Shown: positions 37,523 through 51,011 of the stretch, in pieces | Numbering within the stretch: the first letter of the stretch is position 1 | Layout: each line of letters starts with the position of its first letter | Source: Octopus bimaculoides | Lineage: Eukaryota | Direction of reading: 5' to 3' | Length of the DNA stretch: 64,000 nucleotides | Assembly: GCF_001194135.2 (NCBI RefSeq) | Contig: NC_068988.1 | Span: forward strand, 69,040,560 to 69,104,559 | The notes under the pieces: model-generated | The model's input: only the letters and a program-made list of their open reading frames with translations | The model's database searches: none | Told to the model about the DNA's origin: nothing | Position numbers and translations under genes: made by a program

Positions 37523-39289
37523 ATAACTGTATGTGTGAGTGTGAATGTGTGTTGGGTATAAGTGTGTGCGTGTGTGCGTGTGCGTGTGTGTGTGTGTGTG
37601 TGCATGTGTTATTTACATATTTTTTTATCTTTTATTTTTCATTTGTTTCAGTCATTGCATTGTCATGCTCGAAGAATTTTAGTTGAACAAATTGACCCTA
37701 GTACTTTTTTTTTTTTTTTAATCTGATACTTATTCTACCTGTTCTTTTGCTGAACTAGTAAGTTATGGGACATAAACACACCAACACTAGCTGTAAAGTG
37801 GTGGCTGGAGATAAAAAGCAGCACTAGTAATGTAAGCATTGTTGCCTGCAAATACACAGTATATGTGTTTATTTAGACACTGAATTTGCTGCTAGATGGT
37901 GTCCTGGAAAAGTTACCTACACAGGACCAAGTGTTAAAGAACACCTGAATTTCACAGATCAGACAAGACGATTCTATATTAATTACATTACTACTGTCAT
38001 ATACTTCTGCCAATAAGATTGCTACCATTTTCATTGTTCTGTTAGATATTCAGAAAGAAATACTAAACAGTCACATGACCTGGTCAATCTTATAGCCATA
38101 TCTATCTCAAACGTATTTGACTTGAAAGCCAACCCTTGAAATAAAGTGATTCTGAGATGGAATGGTCATGGTTAGAGCATGTTGGATCATAAGTTTGATT
38201 AATCAGAGTTGACCAAAAACTAGAGGCAGCTGAAATTCTCTTGATCTGTTTTGGTCATTAGGCCCAAAAATTCACTTGTACATTTGAGCCTTTATTCCCA
38301 ACAATTTAACCACATGACCATGCCATCGTCCCCAATGCCACCACCACAATTACCAGCACCAATTCAACTCTCAGTTAATTCAACTCTCAGAACTCCTGAT
38401 GTGGTAAAGACATTTTAATCTTAAAAACCTCCATATTTAGAGAAACAAAATACCAAAACAAAAACAAAGGAATGAAAGGAAACAACTTAATTTTCAATTT
38501 AAATGTTTCGAATAATTTGACTGGAAGCTATATTAAACAGGTGTTGACATTACACATTGCTCAATTTATTGTTCTGAGCAAAGCACTTAGACAAAAAACA
38601 TAATTTTTATAACAAAAGTACCACCCAGATGTTTTGTAGTAATGCAATAAGGTTACAATAGCTTAATCATCAGTTGGCAGAAAATAGCTGCAGGGAATAA
38701 GTATTGACGTGTACAAATTTTCTCTGGTGTGCATATATATGTATCATAGTTTATGCATATGTGTTTGTTCTTTCTAATTTGTTTTTTTGTTGTTGTTTTT
38801 TGTTTTCTGATAATGAAGATAAGACTGAATGGAAAATTCATTTCAACTGAAAATTTCGCTTGTAGATTTGTTTAAAATTGTGTACTTGTAAAAGTAGACA
38901 CATCTGCATCTTAATGTACAACCTTACTACCCCTTCCCCATCTCTTTCTGCTTGTGTATTTAATATACATAGTGGTGAGAAACTGTCAAGAGAGCTGAAT
39001 TAAAGAAGGTCTTCAGAGAATAAGCCCCCCCTCGTGAAGTATTTCAGCCCTTAACTTTTATGCTCTAAGGAGGTCAAGTCACATCCAGATCATGACTCCA
39101 AAGTGCCCTTCTCCTGAGACTTTTAACTTCTTCCATTATACTTTCAAATTGGACAATGAATTCAATCAAGATCAGTTACGTTGATGAACTTGAATGGAAT
39201 AAGATATCTGGCCTCAAACCATTCTTTCCTGATGATTTCTGATTATATTATTGATCTTGGGAGGTCTGCTGAGAACTCATAGTCATCCA

Positions 39290-40620
39290 CATCACACAGA
39301 AGTCTTCATTCCCATGCCCCATGCCAATTGACTCCATTCCAGATGACCCCCATGCTAGAAGACTTCATTCTCATGTCAATTGTTAATTGGTGGTGGATTT
39401 TAGTTGCCAAACCATATTAAGTTTCTCAATAACTACAATATCCTTCCTGTTGTGTCCTATTTTCCTTATGGTTTATAAAAGTTCCCACTACAACCACACT
39501 CATTATTCCTGATGGCATGCATTTCTCTTCCCACAAAATAGTTATACCTTTTTCCTGAGTATGCAAAACCAACTTGCTGAAAAAATTCTCAACTTTTGTT
39601 GCACACCTGATATGGACATTTCAATACAATGTTAGTTATCTTTTCCGCTGATTCAATGTGTTCTCTGCATTTGGGTGAGCATTCTTGTTGATTTATGATG
39701 CTCTTGATTCAATCTATTCTTGTGCTGCTAAGATCACCCCTACAGTTTCTTTCTTCAGTATGCTTTTTCTGTAGTAGTAGCTTGTATGATGTTCTTGTCA
39801 TCTCTTATCTTCATTTTTTCCTTGTTCTTAAAAATGCTGAGCGAAGCTTTCCATAAAACTTTGATTTCCTTTTTTCTGCTTATTCTTATTTTCTCTTTTT
39901 TGGATTTCATACATTCTGTAAATAGCCTTTTACTTGTTACTTTTTGAAGGAGTGTTTCTTCTTTTTTTTTCCTTAGAGGAACCTATACTTTTCTTTAGTT
40001 TTAATATCACTTTGATTTTCATTAACCTTTTCTTCATTTTGTTCTTTTCCATTATAACCAGCTCACATCAGATTGGGATGCATGCTCCTGAGCATTGTGA
40101 GTTGCTTCTTCACTATCTTGTTGGTGCTCTTTAGAGTATCCAATGATACCTGATTTATACCTTATTAACAATTTTGCCCTTCTGTTGATTGCTTGTATGA
40201 TGTTTTCCACATTCAATTTTGGGTTTTATAATCTTCTTTATTCTATGAAAAATATTGCTGAGAGTTTCTTTCATTTCTGTACTTTTGATTTTATCTTATT
40301 TTAGTAATCCTGGATATTTATGTATCTTCTGCATCAGAGGATCTTATATTCTTATCCTTTGGTGAAACTATTCCAATACAGTTTATTTGCTTCCCTAACA
40401 TCACCTTTATCCTTGCACATTCTTTGATTCCAAAATCATCCCAATATTGCCGCAACAGATTGCCATAAGAACACCAGTTGGGTTTTGTCTTCACCATAAA
40501 GAGATGATAATTCATTTTTCTCTTATGCTTTCTCAATAAGGAACTTTCCTTAGCTTTGTTTAGTATTGTTCTCAATGGGAACAGTGTGATTACAAACAAG
40601 ATGGTAGTGAAACTACCCTC
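39290..40620 (-). mobile_element. R4/Dong-clade LINE remnant (RT to endonuclease)
   Basis: LFVITLFPL..MNYHLFM; CSPKCREHIESAEKITNIVLKCP zinc knuckle. Confidence 0.65.
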
Positions 40621-40748
40621 TTGAAAGATTCCACAGCTGATCCCTATCTCCTCCTGGTTTTAACTTTATTCTCTAATGATATATTTTATTTTCAAAAAGG
40701 GATTTAATCTTTTCCAAGAACTTGAAGACATTGATCTGGAAATGTGGG

Positions 40749-40832
<84 letters not shown>

Positions 40833-40844
40833 ATAATTATTATG

Positions 40845-41130
40845 TTTTAGAAAAATATGAGATCTCTAGTATTGAAAGCATGCTGCTGAGAATTCAATGC
40901 AGATGGGCAAGACATGTTGTTTGAATGCAAGATGAGCACATTCCAAAATGTCTTTCGTATAGCCAGTAAATAGATGTAATCTGCAGTAAAGGAAGATCCC
41001 TACTAAGATATAGGGTTAAGTTGAAACAATTACTGAAATCCCTACAACTTAATGTAACATCTCTGGAAATTAATTGCCCAGGTCAATCTAAGTGGAGTAA
41101 AATGCACGATGTGTTTAGACAATTTGAGTT
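40845..41130 (+). mobile_element. RTE LINE RT C-terminal remnant
   Basis: SIESMLLRIQCRWARHVV*MQDEHIPK. Confidence 0.65.
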
Positions 41131-41394
41131 GAAGAAACAGAAGAGTAAAAGAATTATATCCTGTAATCAACAGACACATTTTCCAATCCCAGGTAAAATC
41201 AAAATCACCATTGTTTCCATTGTGACTTCATACAAAACCTGTACGTAGACTCAAATTACATTTACACAACAATCCAAATTGATGCAACTTTATTATTTTT
41301 AAACCTTTCATTCAGACACACATACATTGAAATTGAAGAGAACAGCCATCAACATCATTATTACTATTTTCATTATTATTATCATTACACTGGG

Positions 41395-43700
41395 AGTCTG
41401 CTTGGTTTTTGTCTATCTTGGATTTTATGCAATTAGTCTTTAATACTTGATTTGTGCTGCTATTAACAAACTTTGTGTCTCTATTTTCAGCCTTCCTTTC
41501 TGCAATCATAGCCATGTTTCACTAGTACTATTTGCTGAAACTATCTTCAGGAATCTACCATGCAAGCCTTCTCCTGCTAGCCAGATAACTTCGTTTAGGT
41601 TTTTGGTTTCCCTTTCTGTTGCAGTGACTCTAACAGGTTTTAATAAACTTTCTTAATTTTTACCCACATGGGAGTCTATATCTACTCTAGCTAACTCCAC
41701 GCAGTCTTCTACTGATATTAACCCTCTTTCACCTTCCTTTCTAGGTAAGTATATTCTTGCTACTCCTGCTCTTGGGTGGAGTCATCCATTTATATTGAAA
41801 TCCTTCTTAACTCTTCTGTCTAGCTTTGCTAATTCAGTTTTTGTCCAGTCTACAAAAGCTGCTGAGTGTCTAAGTAATGATACTGCCCAAGTATTTACAG
41901 CCTCCACTAAATTCAGACCATTTAGTTTTGACTTCATTAGCTTTCTTACCCTTCTGATGTACTCCTTCTCAATTTTCGTTTTCATTTCTATAGTTAGTAC
42001 TCGGTCAGATTCTAATACTTATAGATAGGTGGAAATTTAGACAGTGTCACGTGACAACTAGCTGGGGCTGCCTGCTGGAGCCTAGCAGCAGATATAAAAA
42101 GGGGAACTTGACATGACGATCAGTCGGACGCTGACACTCGTTGATGTTGCATCGAAGAGGCCAGGGAATAGAAGAAAGAAGACATACACCCAACACCAGA
42201 GCTGAAGACACCTCCGAAAGGAAGGGCCCCGCCACGTCAAAACGGTAGAGGAGTAGGGGCCGAAACCGGACGTGGTTCCTCCTGATGATGTCTTGAGCTA
42301 ACTGGATCCTATAAAGGAGCTGTTGTGGTAGCAGACCACAAAACATGGTTGAAATTCCTCCTATAACTCTCTACTTCCTTTCAATGATTTTAATGTCTCA
42401 CCATCTGGTAATTTGATGCCTTCGCTGTTGACTACCTGTCTCTTTCTCATGACTAATATTGCACACTTATCTATGTCAAATTCCATGCATATATCTTTGC
42501 TGAAGAGTCCTACAGTCTGTATTAAGGAATCTATCTCTTTTTCATTCTTACTAAAAAGTTTCAGATCATCCATGTAGAGCAAATTTATTTCTTTGTAGAA
42601 TCTCTTCTGATCTACTCTGAATCACCTATTCTGCCGGTATCCCTTCATTCTTTGGTTGTATCTTACCATCTTTGCTTTCTTTGCAATAAGGTGCTGTTTC
42701 AGCTCCTCCATTACCACTTTCAGGCTTTTTCTTTCAATATCATACTCCCTGTCCAGTGACTTGTATTTCTGTTCGCTTTCAAACTCCCCTTTCTCATTTC
42801 AGTCCAACACAGAAATGTCCTTCGAGAGCATATCTAACCCCACCTATATTCTTCCTTTCCACTATGAATCTTTTCTTTTGTCACCTTCATTATATTTCTT
42901 TTTCCTGACATCAACAATTTTCTGCTATAATAATACTTGCTGCCTTGATCAAATTATTTGTTTCTGAGATGTTTTTTGTTGTGTTGTATTTCAGAATTTC
43001 ATTCACCTTTTTCGTTTCTTGGTTCAATTTCCACTGATCAACCTTTTTAAGGTTGCAAATAATATCACTATCATTCTCCTGTAGCCTTGCCTTTATTCTG
43101 TCATAGATTGCCTTTTACCCATCTGTCATGTCACCATTAGTTTTATTGTCTTCTTGCAGATCACCTATATGTCTCTCATCGAGCAAGCTATCACAGTTAC
43201 TTTCCTATGGTTTATTAGAGATCTCACCTCTGTTTTCTGCTCTGAGATTACTTTTATCAGTAAGAACTGCATTTTCGCACTTTCCTCTGCTGCTGTTTTC
43301 CAAATACACACCTTTTGATAGCTTCGAGCTCTACTCCTGTGAACCAACGATTTTTTTCTTATTGGCTCTAGCTTGATCACATAATCTCTGTTCCGTGAGT
43401 TATAACAATCCTCTTTCTCTCCATTGATCAGACATACATTGTCGGTATCCCCTAATATGAGCACCATTTTCGTCTACGGGGTTGCTCAGATAGTAACACT
43501 CCATGACCACAACATTGACTTGTTTGTTCCATCTATGTCATGTGTGTTGGTCCATTGCTGGATAACGACAGGCTGGAGCTGGACCAGTATTTCTGAGCCT
43601 GCCAGTTGCAACACTGTCACCATCAAGGGCTTCAGTTTCATTACCACCATTTTTCACAATATTTTGTTTTTTTCATTCTCATTCATATGATGTAGCAATT
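41395..43700 (-). mobile_element. R4/Dong-clade LINE, internally deleted, interrupted by a 338-bp insertion
   Basis: VVVMECYYLSNP..GYRQCM; LLYMDDLKLFSKNEKEIDSLIQTV (RT YMDD); KEYIRRVRKLMKSKLNGLNLVEAVNTWAVSLLR. Confidence 0.85.
42024..42361 (+). mobile_element. 338-bp GC-rich insertion with TATA TSD and hammerhead-like motifs
   Basis: The LINE sequence resumes exactly on both sides with tata duplicated (42020-42023 and 42362-42365). CTGAAGA..CGAAAC and CTGATGA..AAAAC cores. Confidence 0.75.
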
Positions 43701-43914
43701 TGCACAAATATCAGTTTTTTTATTGTGTCACCATCACTAGATGTATCATCGATCAGGACATGGGGAGATTCCAACCACTTCATTTACATATTATTATTAT
43801 CATCACTGATATTATTATTTTCATTTTTCACTATTTGTCATTGTTAATATTTCCTCTGATCCGACATGAGTTTTGGTTAAATGTCATTAACTCTTTCATG
43901 TTAGTTCCTTCTAG

Positions 43915-43984
43915 GCTCCAGATCTTATCTCTTAGTGTAGACAATTTGATAGAGGACCGCTTCTATAATTATGAAGAAATAAAT
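43915..43984 (+). CDS. Candidate exon (R)LQILSLSVDNLIEDRFYNYEEIN, phase 2 to 0
   Basis: ttagttccttctag acceptor, AAT|gtaatc donor, open frame. Confidence 0.4.
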
Positions 43985-44645
43985 GTAATCAAACGAGACA
44001 AAGAACAAACAAAAATTAATATCCACCCCTATTTTTTTCTGTGAGGGGTATATATTTGTTTAATGCTGTGGGTGTGTGTGTATGTGTACGTGGGTGTGCG
44101 TGTATATTTATATATATATATGTGTGTGTGTTTAATGCATTTGTGATCAATAATGACTCTTCTTTGTCGTTTGTTTTTATTCAATTTGCTTATGTGTGTG
44201 TGTGTCTGCACTTGTTTATACATTACCTAATGTTATTTTGAAATATTAAAATGTGTTTATGTAAAACTGGGGTGTATACGTAATTAATTTGTTTATGTAC
44301 TTACGTGTTTGTGGTGTGTACTTAATCAGATATAGTCCTTATATGTACTTACTTGGATATAGTCTTGCACTTACTCAGGTGTAGCCCAGTGTTTTGTCAG
44401 TGTGGTGAGCGCATTTATATGTGTTGCGTGAGTGACAGAGGTGACACACAGTTAAAATACAACGTTTCATTTGGGAAAAAGAAATAAATTTTAATGAGTA
44501 TTACTTATTCGGATATAGTCTAACACTTTGTCAATTATTTTAGGCTCCATTTGTTGTCTTTATTCCTGATGTTCTTGGATAGATTTTGGAACAGTGTTTT
44601 ATCGCTCGGTGTTCTCTGGTTATTATTATTATTATTGTTATTGTT

Positions 44646-44693
<48 letters not shown>

Positions 44694-44714
44694 ATTATTA
44701 TTATTATTATTATT

Positions 44715-44939
44715 CAAGGTGGCAAGCTGGCAGAATCGTTAGCACGCCGGGCAAAATGCTTAGTGGCATTTCATCTGTCTTTACATTCTGAGTTCAAATT
44801 CTGCCAAGGTCAACTTTGCCTTTCATCTTTTCGGGGTTGATAAAATAAGTACCAGTGAAGCACTGGGGTCGATGCAATCAACTAGTCCTCTCCCCACCCC
44901 AAATTTCAGACCTTGTGCCTATAGTGAAAAGGATTATTA

Positions 44940-44945
<6 letters not shown>
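44715..44945 (+). mobile_element. SINE family B, full length, inserted in (TTA/TTG)n
   Basis: Well-conserved head, core and tail, with trinucleotide tracts on both sides. Confidence 0.85.
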
Positions 44946-44982
<37 letters not shown>

Positions 44983-45025
44983 GTTTGACCCTTGTGGCCA
45001 ACAAAGGAACGATTATCATTATTAT

Positions 45026-45064
<39 letters not shown>

Positions 45065-45179
45065 TGTTGTTATTGTTGTTGTAATTATTAACTTATGAAG
45101 ACATGAAGATTGACATAATTTTTCATGAAGGTAAATAAACAATTAGAAGAGCATGATATATAACAAAACACTGACTGAC

Positions 45180-45231
45180 TTAAATTTTTGAATGGAACAA
45201 TATTTCAACATTATCTCTGTCTTCTTCAGGC
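45180..45231 (-). CDS. Candidate - strand exon xLKKTEIMLKYCSIQKFx, phase 1 to 2
   Basis: Very long T-tract ending ttattttag, AA|gtcagt donor, single open frame. Confidence 0.3.
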
Positions 45232-45569
45232 CTAAAATAACAATGGAAAAAAAATAAGGAAAAATGAAAAATTCACAGAAATGCAGAAATCTAAAATTTC
45301 AACTAGATGATCCTCATTCTTCCTAGACAAACCAACATATCAAATAGTCTTGCAAATGACACATCTAAAATTCGCTATGCATGCCAAACTTTCATGCATA
45401 ATTATAGCAGTCACAGTAAAATTTCTGACCAAATTCTTTTAGTTATTAACTGGCACCAAAATTTCAATGGCATTTCAAAAGTGTTACAAGACAGTTATCA
45501 ACATTTCATAAAAATATCCATGTTTCAAAGAAATATTTCTTGATCCCATATTGTTATCTTTAGACATAA

Positions 45570-46790
45570 CAAAAATATCAAATAGCATCTCTGATTATCA
45601 TCAAAATTTCGTTGATGTTTCTGAATTCTGCACTCCTAAAAACAGTTGCAAAAAAGGTAAGCTCTTTTAATTGCACAACAGCATGAGCCAGATCAACTTT
45701 ATTACAAATTCTAAACAAAACCTTTATCCAGTTCTGTATCATCCACTTGAACATCCCCAAGTATGGTAATATTTATGATCTTGGTTTCCTTAGTCATTTT
45801 CATCAATTACAACAAAGTCTGGTCACCAAGCATCAATCACTGAGCAATCACCAAGCATTTGATGCAATCACCAAGCATCAAGCACCCTGGATTGTAAAAA
45901 GCTACAAGATTTTATACCCATGTCGCCTTCTGGTTTATGCTCGTACCATTTCAATATCTTTTCAAAACAACACTTCTCTCACACTCCCCAATGAACATTC
46001 TTACCCATGTCACCACATGTTTAGCTATGCTACCATGCCTCCTTTTGTATTCCTTTCGAGCCAGTTTGCTACACTCATTCATAATATGCGAGACTTCCAT
46101 TTTTGATGCCACACATCCTAAAAAGGAGTGGTACACTACTCTTATTTATTTGGGACTTAGTGTAATTAGTTTTCTGAGCTTGTTCCTGAGCACTGCATAT
46201 CACTTCCACAGTGCACATTATCAGATCATTTTTTCTTAGCATCTCCAGGTGTTGGTGTTGTCTTTTTTTTTACCATTTTGCCTGAGGTATTGCCCATGCA
46301 CTGCATTATTGTTGTTCTCAATCATGCTTCCATAAATTCTTTTGTGTGTGTCACATTTTCATTAGGTAGCAGCAGCAACCAAAGGTTCAATCAACTATTT
46401 TCAGACTGTTTTCCTCATTGACAACACAGATCTTGCATCCTATGAGACCTCTGCCTCTATTGTATCTAGACACACATCATCATCGATATTGCTTTGAGAG
46501 TGCAGTTCCTTGTTCATTGTCAGCACTTGCCTGGTTTTTCCATCCATTTCCTCAAGCTCATTCTTTGTCCATTTAACAATACTGTGCCATATTGCATTAA
46601 GAAGACAGCTCCTGTATTTATTGCCTTGGTGCTGTTCTTTCCATCGAGTCTACTCTCTGTAATTAATTAGATTCTTCTGAGATATTCTTGCCTAAAGCTT
46701 TCTTTCATCTCACTCTCTTTGATTTCGTCATTCTTCAAAATACCTCCCTTGTACTCGCATGTGCATACATTTATAGATATACATAGAGCA
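45570..46790 (-). mobile_element. R4/Dong-clade LINE remnant
   Basis: GRGL; HGQYLRQ; SHIMNECSKLARKEYKRRH zinc knuckle. Confidence 0.75.
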
Positions 46791-46884
46791 AAAAACGTCT
46801 CTCTCATCTTTCACTCCTACTTTCACTTTCTCACTGACCACTAGTGTGTATGTATATATATGTGTGTGTGTGATCATCATAATA

Positions 46885-47173
46885 CATATACTCTTTTACT
46901 CTTTTACTTGTTTCAGTCTTTTAACTGCGGCCATGCTGGAGCACCGCCTTTAGTCGAGCAAATCGACCCCAGGACTTATTCTTTAGAAGCCTAGTACTTA
47001 TTCTATCGGTCTCTTTTGCCGAACCGCTAAGTTACGGGGACATAAACACACCAGCATCGGTTGTCAAGCAATGTTGGGGGGACAAACACAGACACACAAA
47101 CACATACATACATACATATATATATATATACATATATACGACGGGCTTCTTTCAGTTTCCGTCTACCAAATCC
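46885..47173 (-). mobile_element. SINE family A copy running into a gap
   Basis: Well-conserved family A tail and core. Confidence 0.85.
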
Positions 47174-47497
47174 NNNNNNNNNNNNNNNNNNNNNNNNNNN
47201 NNNNNNNNNNNNNNNNNNNNNNNNNNNNNNNNNNNNNNNNNNNNNNNNNNNNNNNNNNNNNNNNNNNNNNNNNNNNNNNNNNNNNNNNNNNNNNNNNNNN
47301 NNNNNNNNNNNNNNNNNNNNNNNNNNNNNNNNNNNNNNNNNNNNNNNNNNNNNNNNNNNNNNNNNNNNNNNNNNNNNNNNNNNNNNNNNNNNNNNNNNNN
47401 NNNNNNNNNNNNNNNNNNNNNNNNNNNNNNNNNNNNNNNNNNNNNNNNNNNNNNNNNNNNNNNNNNNNNNNNNNNNNNNNNNNNNNNNNNNNNNNNN

Positions 47498-47532
<35 letters not shown>

Positions 47533-47999
47533 AACACACACACACACATGCACGCACACACTTTTCACAAATTTATCGACTACTTGCAATGATGTTATTT
47601 CCCTGATCACAACTTTAAACTTTCTATTTTAATCGTGTATTCTGAGAAACTTTTGGTTCTCTGACTTCAAACTTCTCTCTCTCCCTTGCTCAGCAACACC
47701 CTGCCTGAACTTTACTTCAGCCCATTGCACCTATCCAACGCACTCCTTCCACCTCCATTTACAGTATACTCCTGCACAGTGAAGCACACATGCTCTCCTA
47801 CCATCACTCTCCTTTATTTATCTTCTTCTTTCTTTCCATTACATCTGTCCATGTACCATTTTTAGTCAGGTATGTGAAACTCATCCCTTTATCATCACCG
47901 TAATTGAAAATAAGGAAGCGAATCACTAGTGTCAGGTTATTGGTGACTAAACCTGCATCTAGAGAGAGCTTGCTCTGTGAGATGTCCTGTAGATGAACA

Positions 48000-48684
48000 G
48001 CACAGGCTTGACTGTCATTACAGTTGCCAGAACAAGATGGTCTAGGGTGATGAATATAGTTAATTTTTGAGCAGACCCAATAATGGTGAAAGGAAGCCTA
48101 CAAAAGGATACAGAGAGAGAACGTATGACATCTGGATTGAGACTCAGGGCTTAGATGTTACAGAATAGAGACTGTGTGACCAAGCAAATATAATAAGGAA
48201 GAATGGATGGTTAGCAACATTTGAGCTTGATGAGATTAAGAAAGAGAGAATTGAAAGCACAATGAATGATGATGAAGTGGCTAGAGAGAAAGTTGACAAG
48301 GCTGTATGGATGAAGACGTTCAGGAGAATGATGCTAGCGTTTGAGAATATAGAGTAACTGAGTGATGAAGACAGAAGAATAATCAAAGACATCGTTGGTA
48401 ACACTGAGAAACGTTTGGATGTGAAAGTAAATGGACTTAAGAAAGGAGATAGAATTTTGTTCAGGAGTAGAGTTAGAATGTGAACAAAGTACTGAAAGAA
48501 GTTAAGACGGATAATATAAATGGAATAAAAAGATTGAGCTCATATCATCTACACATGAAAGAAACTAGGTCATGAACCAAACCATTAAAGAGGAAACTTT
48601 GCAAAATGGCCTTGGCGGTAAAGAAGAATAAAGCAATCTATGAACAAAATTCGAAAACATATCAACATTATTATAGTTATTACC

Positions 48685-48690
<6 letters not shown>
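48000..48690 (+). mobile_element. R4/Dong-clade LINE N-terminal remnant
   Basis: GYRERTYDIW..RLCDQANIIRKNGWLATFELDEIK. Confidence 0.7.
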
Positions 48691-48728
<38 letters not shown>

Positions 48729-49242
48729 TGGAACAGTGTAGTGGCCAAAAGAACAATGCCCTTTTCTAAATGTAATTCTTTACATGTTTCTTTCTGTACT
48801 GCTTTCTAACTGAATTAACTCTGGTTCCTACTACCACCTTTTGGAGTGAAACTGTGTTTACATAGCAAATAAAACAAATTCTAGACTGAGATTGTATCAG
48901 CACTCAAAATCTACATATGCTCCACATTTGCCTTGTCGCTGATCTTACTCTGAGTATTTTAGCTGACTTGGTAGAAACTCAGAAATATAAAGCAGTGTTT
49001 AGTGTTTTATTTAATAAGACAGTTTGTTGACAGTTGAAAGAAAGTTATATGTCTACACTGTTAATTATTCGTTATCTAGCAACATGACAAAAATTAATTT
49101 GCAGATATCTAACCACTAATGAAGAATGAAACTGGAACTAAAAAAGTAAAATTTTCTGAAAAGAATATGAGAAAACAGAAAATAGCTTTTTGTGTTCATT
49201 CACGCACATAGCTACTTTTTCTCTTTCACCTCCTGATTGAAG

Positions 49243-49275
49243 GTTTCTGACAGAAGATAAACATGATAAATCTGA
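49243..49275 (+). CDS. Candidate 33-nt exon xFLTEDKHDKS(E), phase 2 to 2
   Basis: Pyrimidine tract ending gattgaag, GA|gtcagt donor, single open frame. Confidence 0.3.
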
Positions 49276-49555
49276 GTCAGTCTAACCAATATATACAGAT
49301 TCTTACTTTCATTTGCTCATTTTTAAATAGTCTTATTTATTTTTGTATAATTTAGCAAACCTATTCATTACTGAATATACTGAAAAGATAAACAATTTTA
49401 AAATACACACACATGAAGGAAAGAAAAAGAATATTTACTAAGATGTATGTAAGCTTTTCATACTAAAAACAGAGTTTCTATAATAATTAATTTTGTAGAA
49501 TTCGCTGAGATTGATGACACTTCTTACTATAAAATTTGTCTTCATATTCTTCCAG

Positions 49556-49590
49556 GAACAAAAGAAAGAAAAGGAACAAACCTGTTTTAA
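49556..49590 (+). CDS. Candidate 35-nt exon (E)NKRKKRNKPVL, phase 2 to 1
   Basis: ttcatattcttccag acceptor, AA|gtaacc donor. Confidence 0.3.
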
Positions 49591-49599
49591 GTAACCTAG

Positions 49600-49799
49600 C
49601 TATTCATTCTCAATGCTTTCTAGCAGATTTGAATGTGAATATACTGATTGCTGTTGTTTTTCAACATTGGATAACATGGATGAATTACATGTGTTATGAA
49701 CACATTGTCTTAAAGAAGGAGATGTTCTATGGTTATGATAAACCTCAGCAATTGATATATTCATGCATGAATCTACAAGAATGCATTGAGAATGAATAG
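49600..49799. mobile_element. 200-bp imperfect foldback (MITE) with ~55-bp arms
   Basis: ctattcattctcaatgc(t/a)ttct..attgctg occurs at both ends in opposite orientation. Confidence 0.75.
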
Positions 49800-50152
49800 A
49801 TACATTATTATTTGAATTTTCACTTTCCTGTATGCACCTCATGAATTATAAACTGTTTACATTGTTTGAAACAAATTTGTAGTTAAAAAAATGCCTGGAA
49901 AGGATTACTAGTAAATGCAACAATATGTCATCAACAATTCAGCAAGGAAAACTGTTAAAGAAACAAAGACAGTTACAATACTAATATATAAATGAACAGA
50001 AGCAGTGCTGTTGTTTGTTCATAGCATGTTTCATTCTCTGTCACCTTACTTTAGTTAATAAATGCACATTCCCAATGAATGTTGTGATATGCAAATTAAC
50101 AAAAGCAGTAAATGTTAGTTGTATTTTTCAAAAGTAATTATAAATTATGTAG

Positions 50153-50223
50153 TAGTCAAAATGATGTCCTCATCCTGGTTGGACATCAGACCAGATATGG
50201 ACAGCAATTCAACTGCTACATAA
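50153..50223 (+). CDS. Candidate terminal exon (I)VKMMSSSWLDIRPDMDSNSTAT*
   Basis: GC-richer island, phase-1 start, AATAAA at about 50411. Strand is ambiguous because an antisense frame (AVELLSISGLMSNQDEDIILTTT*) is also open. Confidence 0.25.
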
Positions 50224-51011
50224 TATTAAAATTCTTCAACTTAGAAATACAGAATTGTACTTATAAACTGTTCCCTTTCTCTCTCATTCATTTTCTCCAT
50301 CTTTTTCTGTATATCTCTCCCTACCTCTCTCTCTCTCTAGAAAAGAGGAAACACACCTGATGAGCTGATAACGACCGAATGAAAGCAGTCCAATTAATCT
50401 CCAATCTACTGAATAAACCATGTGAAATTACCATAAAGCTTATTTGCACAGTGAAATTAAGTGTACAACTATTGAATATATGGAAATAAATATTTTTACA
50501 AATTTACATTTTAGAGCTAGATAATATTCAATTAACAATTAGTGATAATTAAAATGTTGTTCAACCTGCTAGAAATAACAACAAAATTCCATCAAACAAC
50601 AACCTTCCTTTCTAGACAGTCATGGCCATCACATGACCTGCATTAACCAATGTATCTGCTTTTTGTTTAAATTTAGATGGAACTTTATAAATTTCTTTCC
50701 ACCAACAGAATTTTTTCAAATTTTCTAAACAGATGTAACCTTGCATGCTGATGACAGAAATTACAATCTTTTTCTCTAGAAATTAATAATAAAGCAGCTA
50801 CAAGCTTTTGAATTTATGTCATTTTAGCTCATTGGAAACTTCCATTGCTGACAAACTGGAAACCAAAACAAAATGGCTTAATGAAATTTAGATATTATTT
50901 CTAGTATTCTGAACTACATAAAGCTGTTGGGCTAAACTAATGCTGAATTGAAATGGAATGCACTGAGAAAAATAGTGTATTCCAATTTTTATAATACATA
51001 TATATATATGT

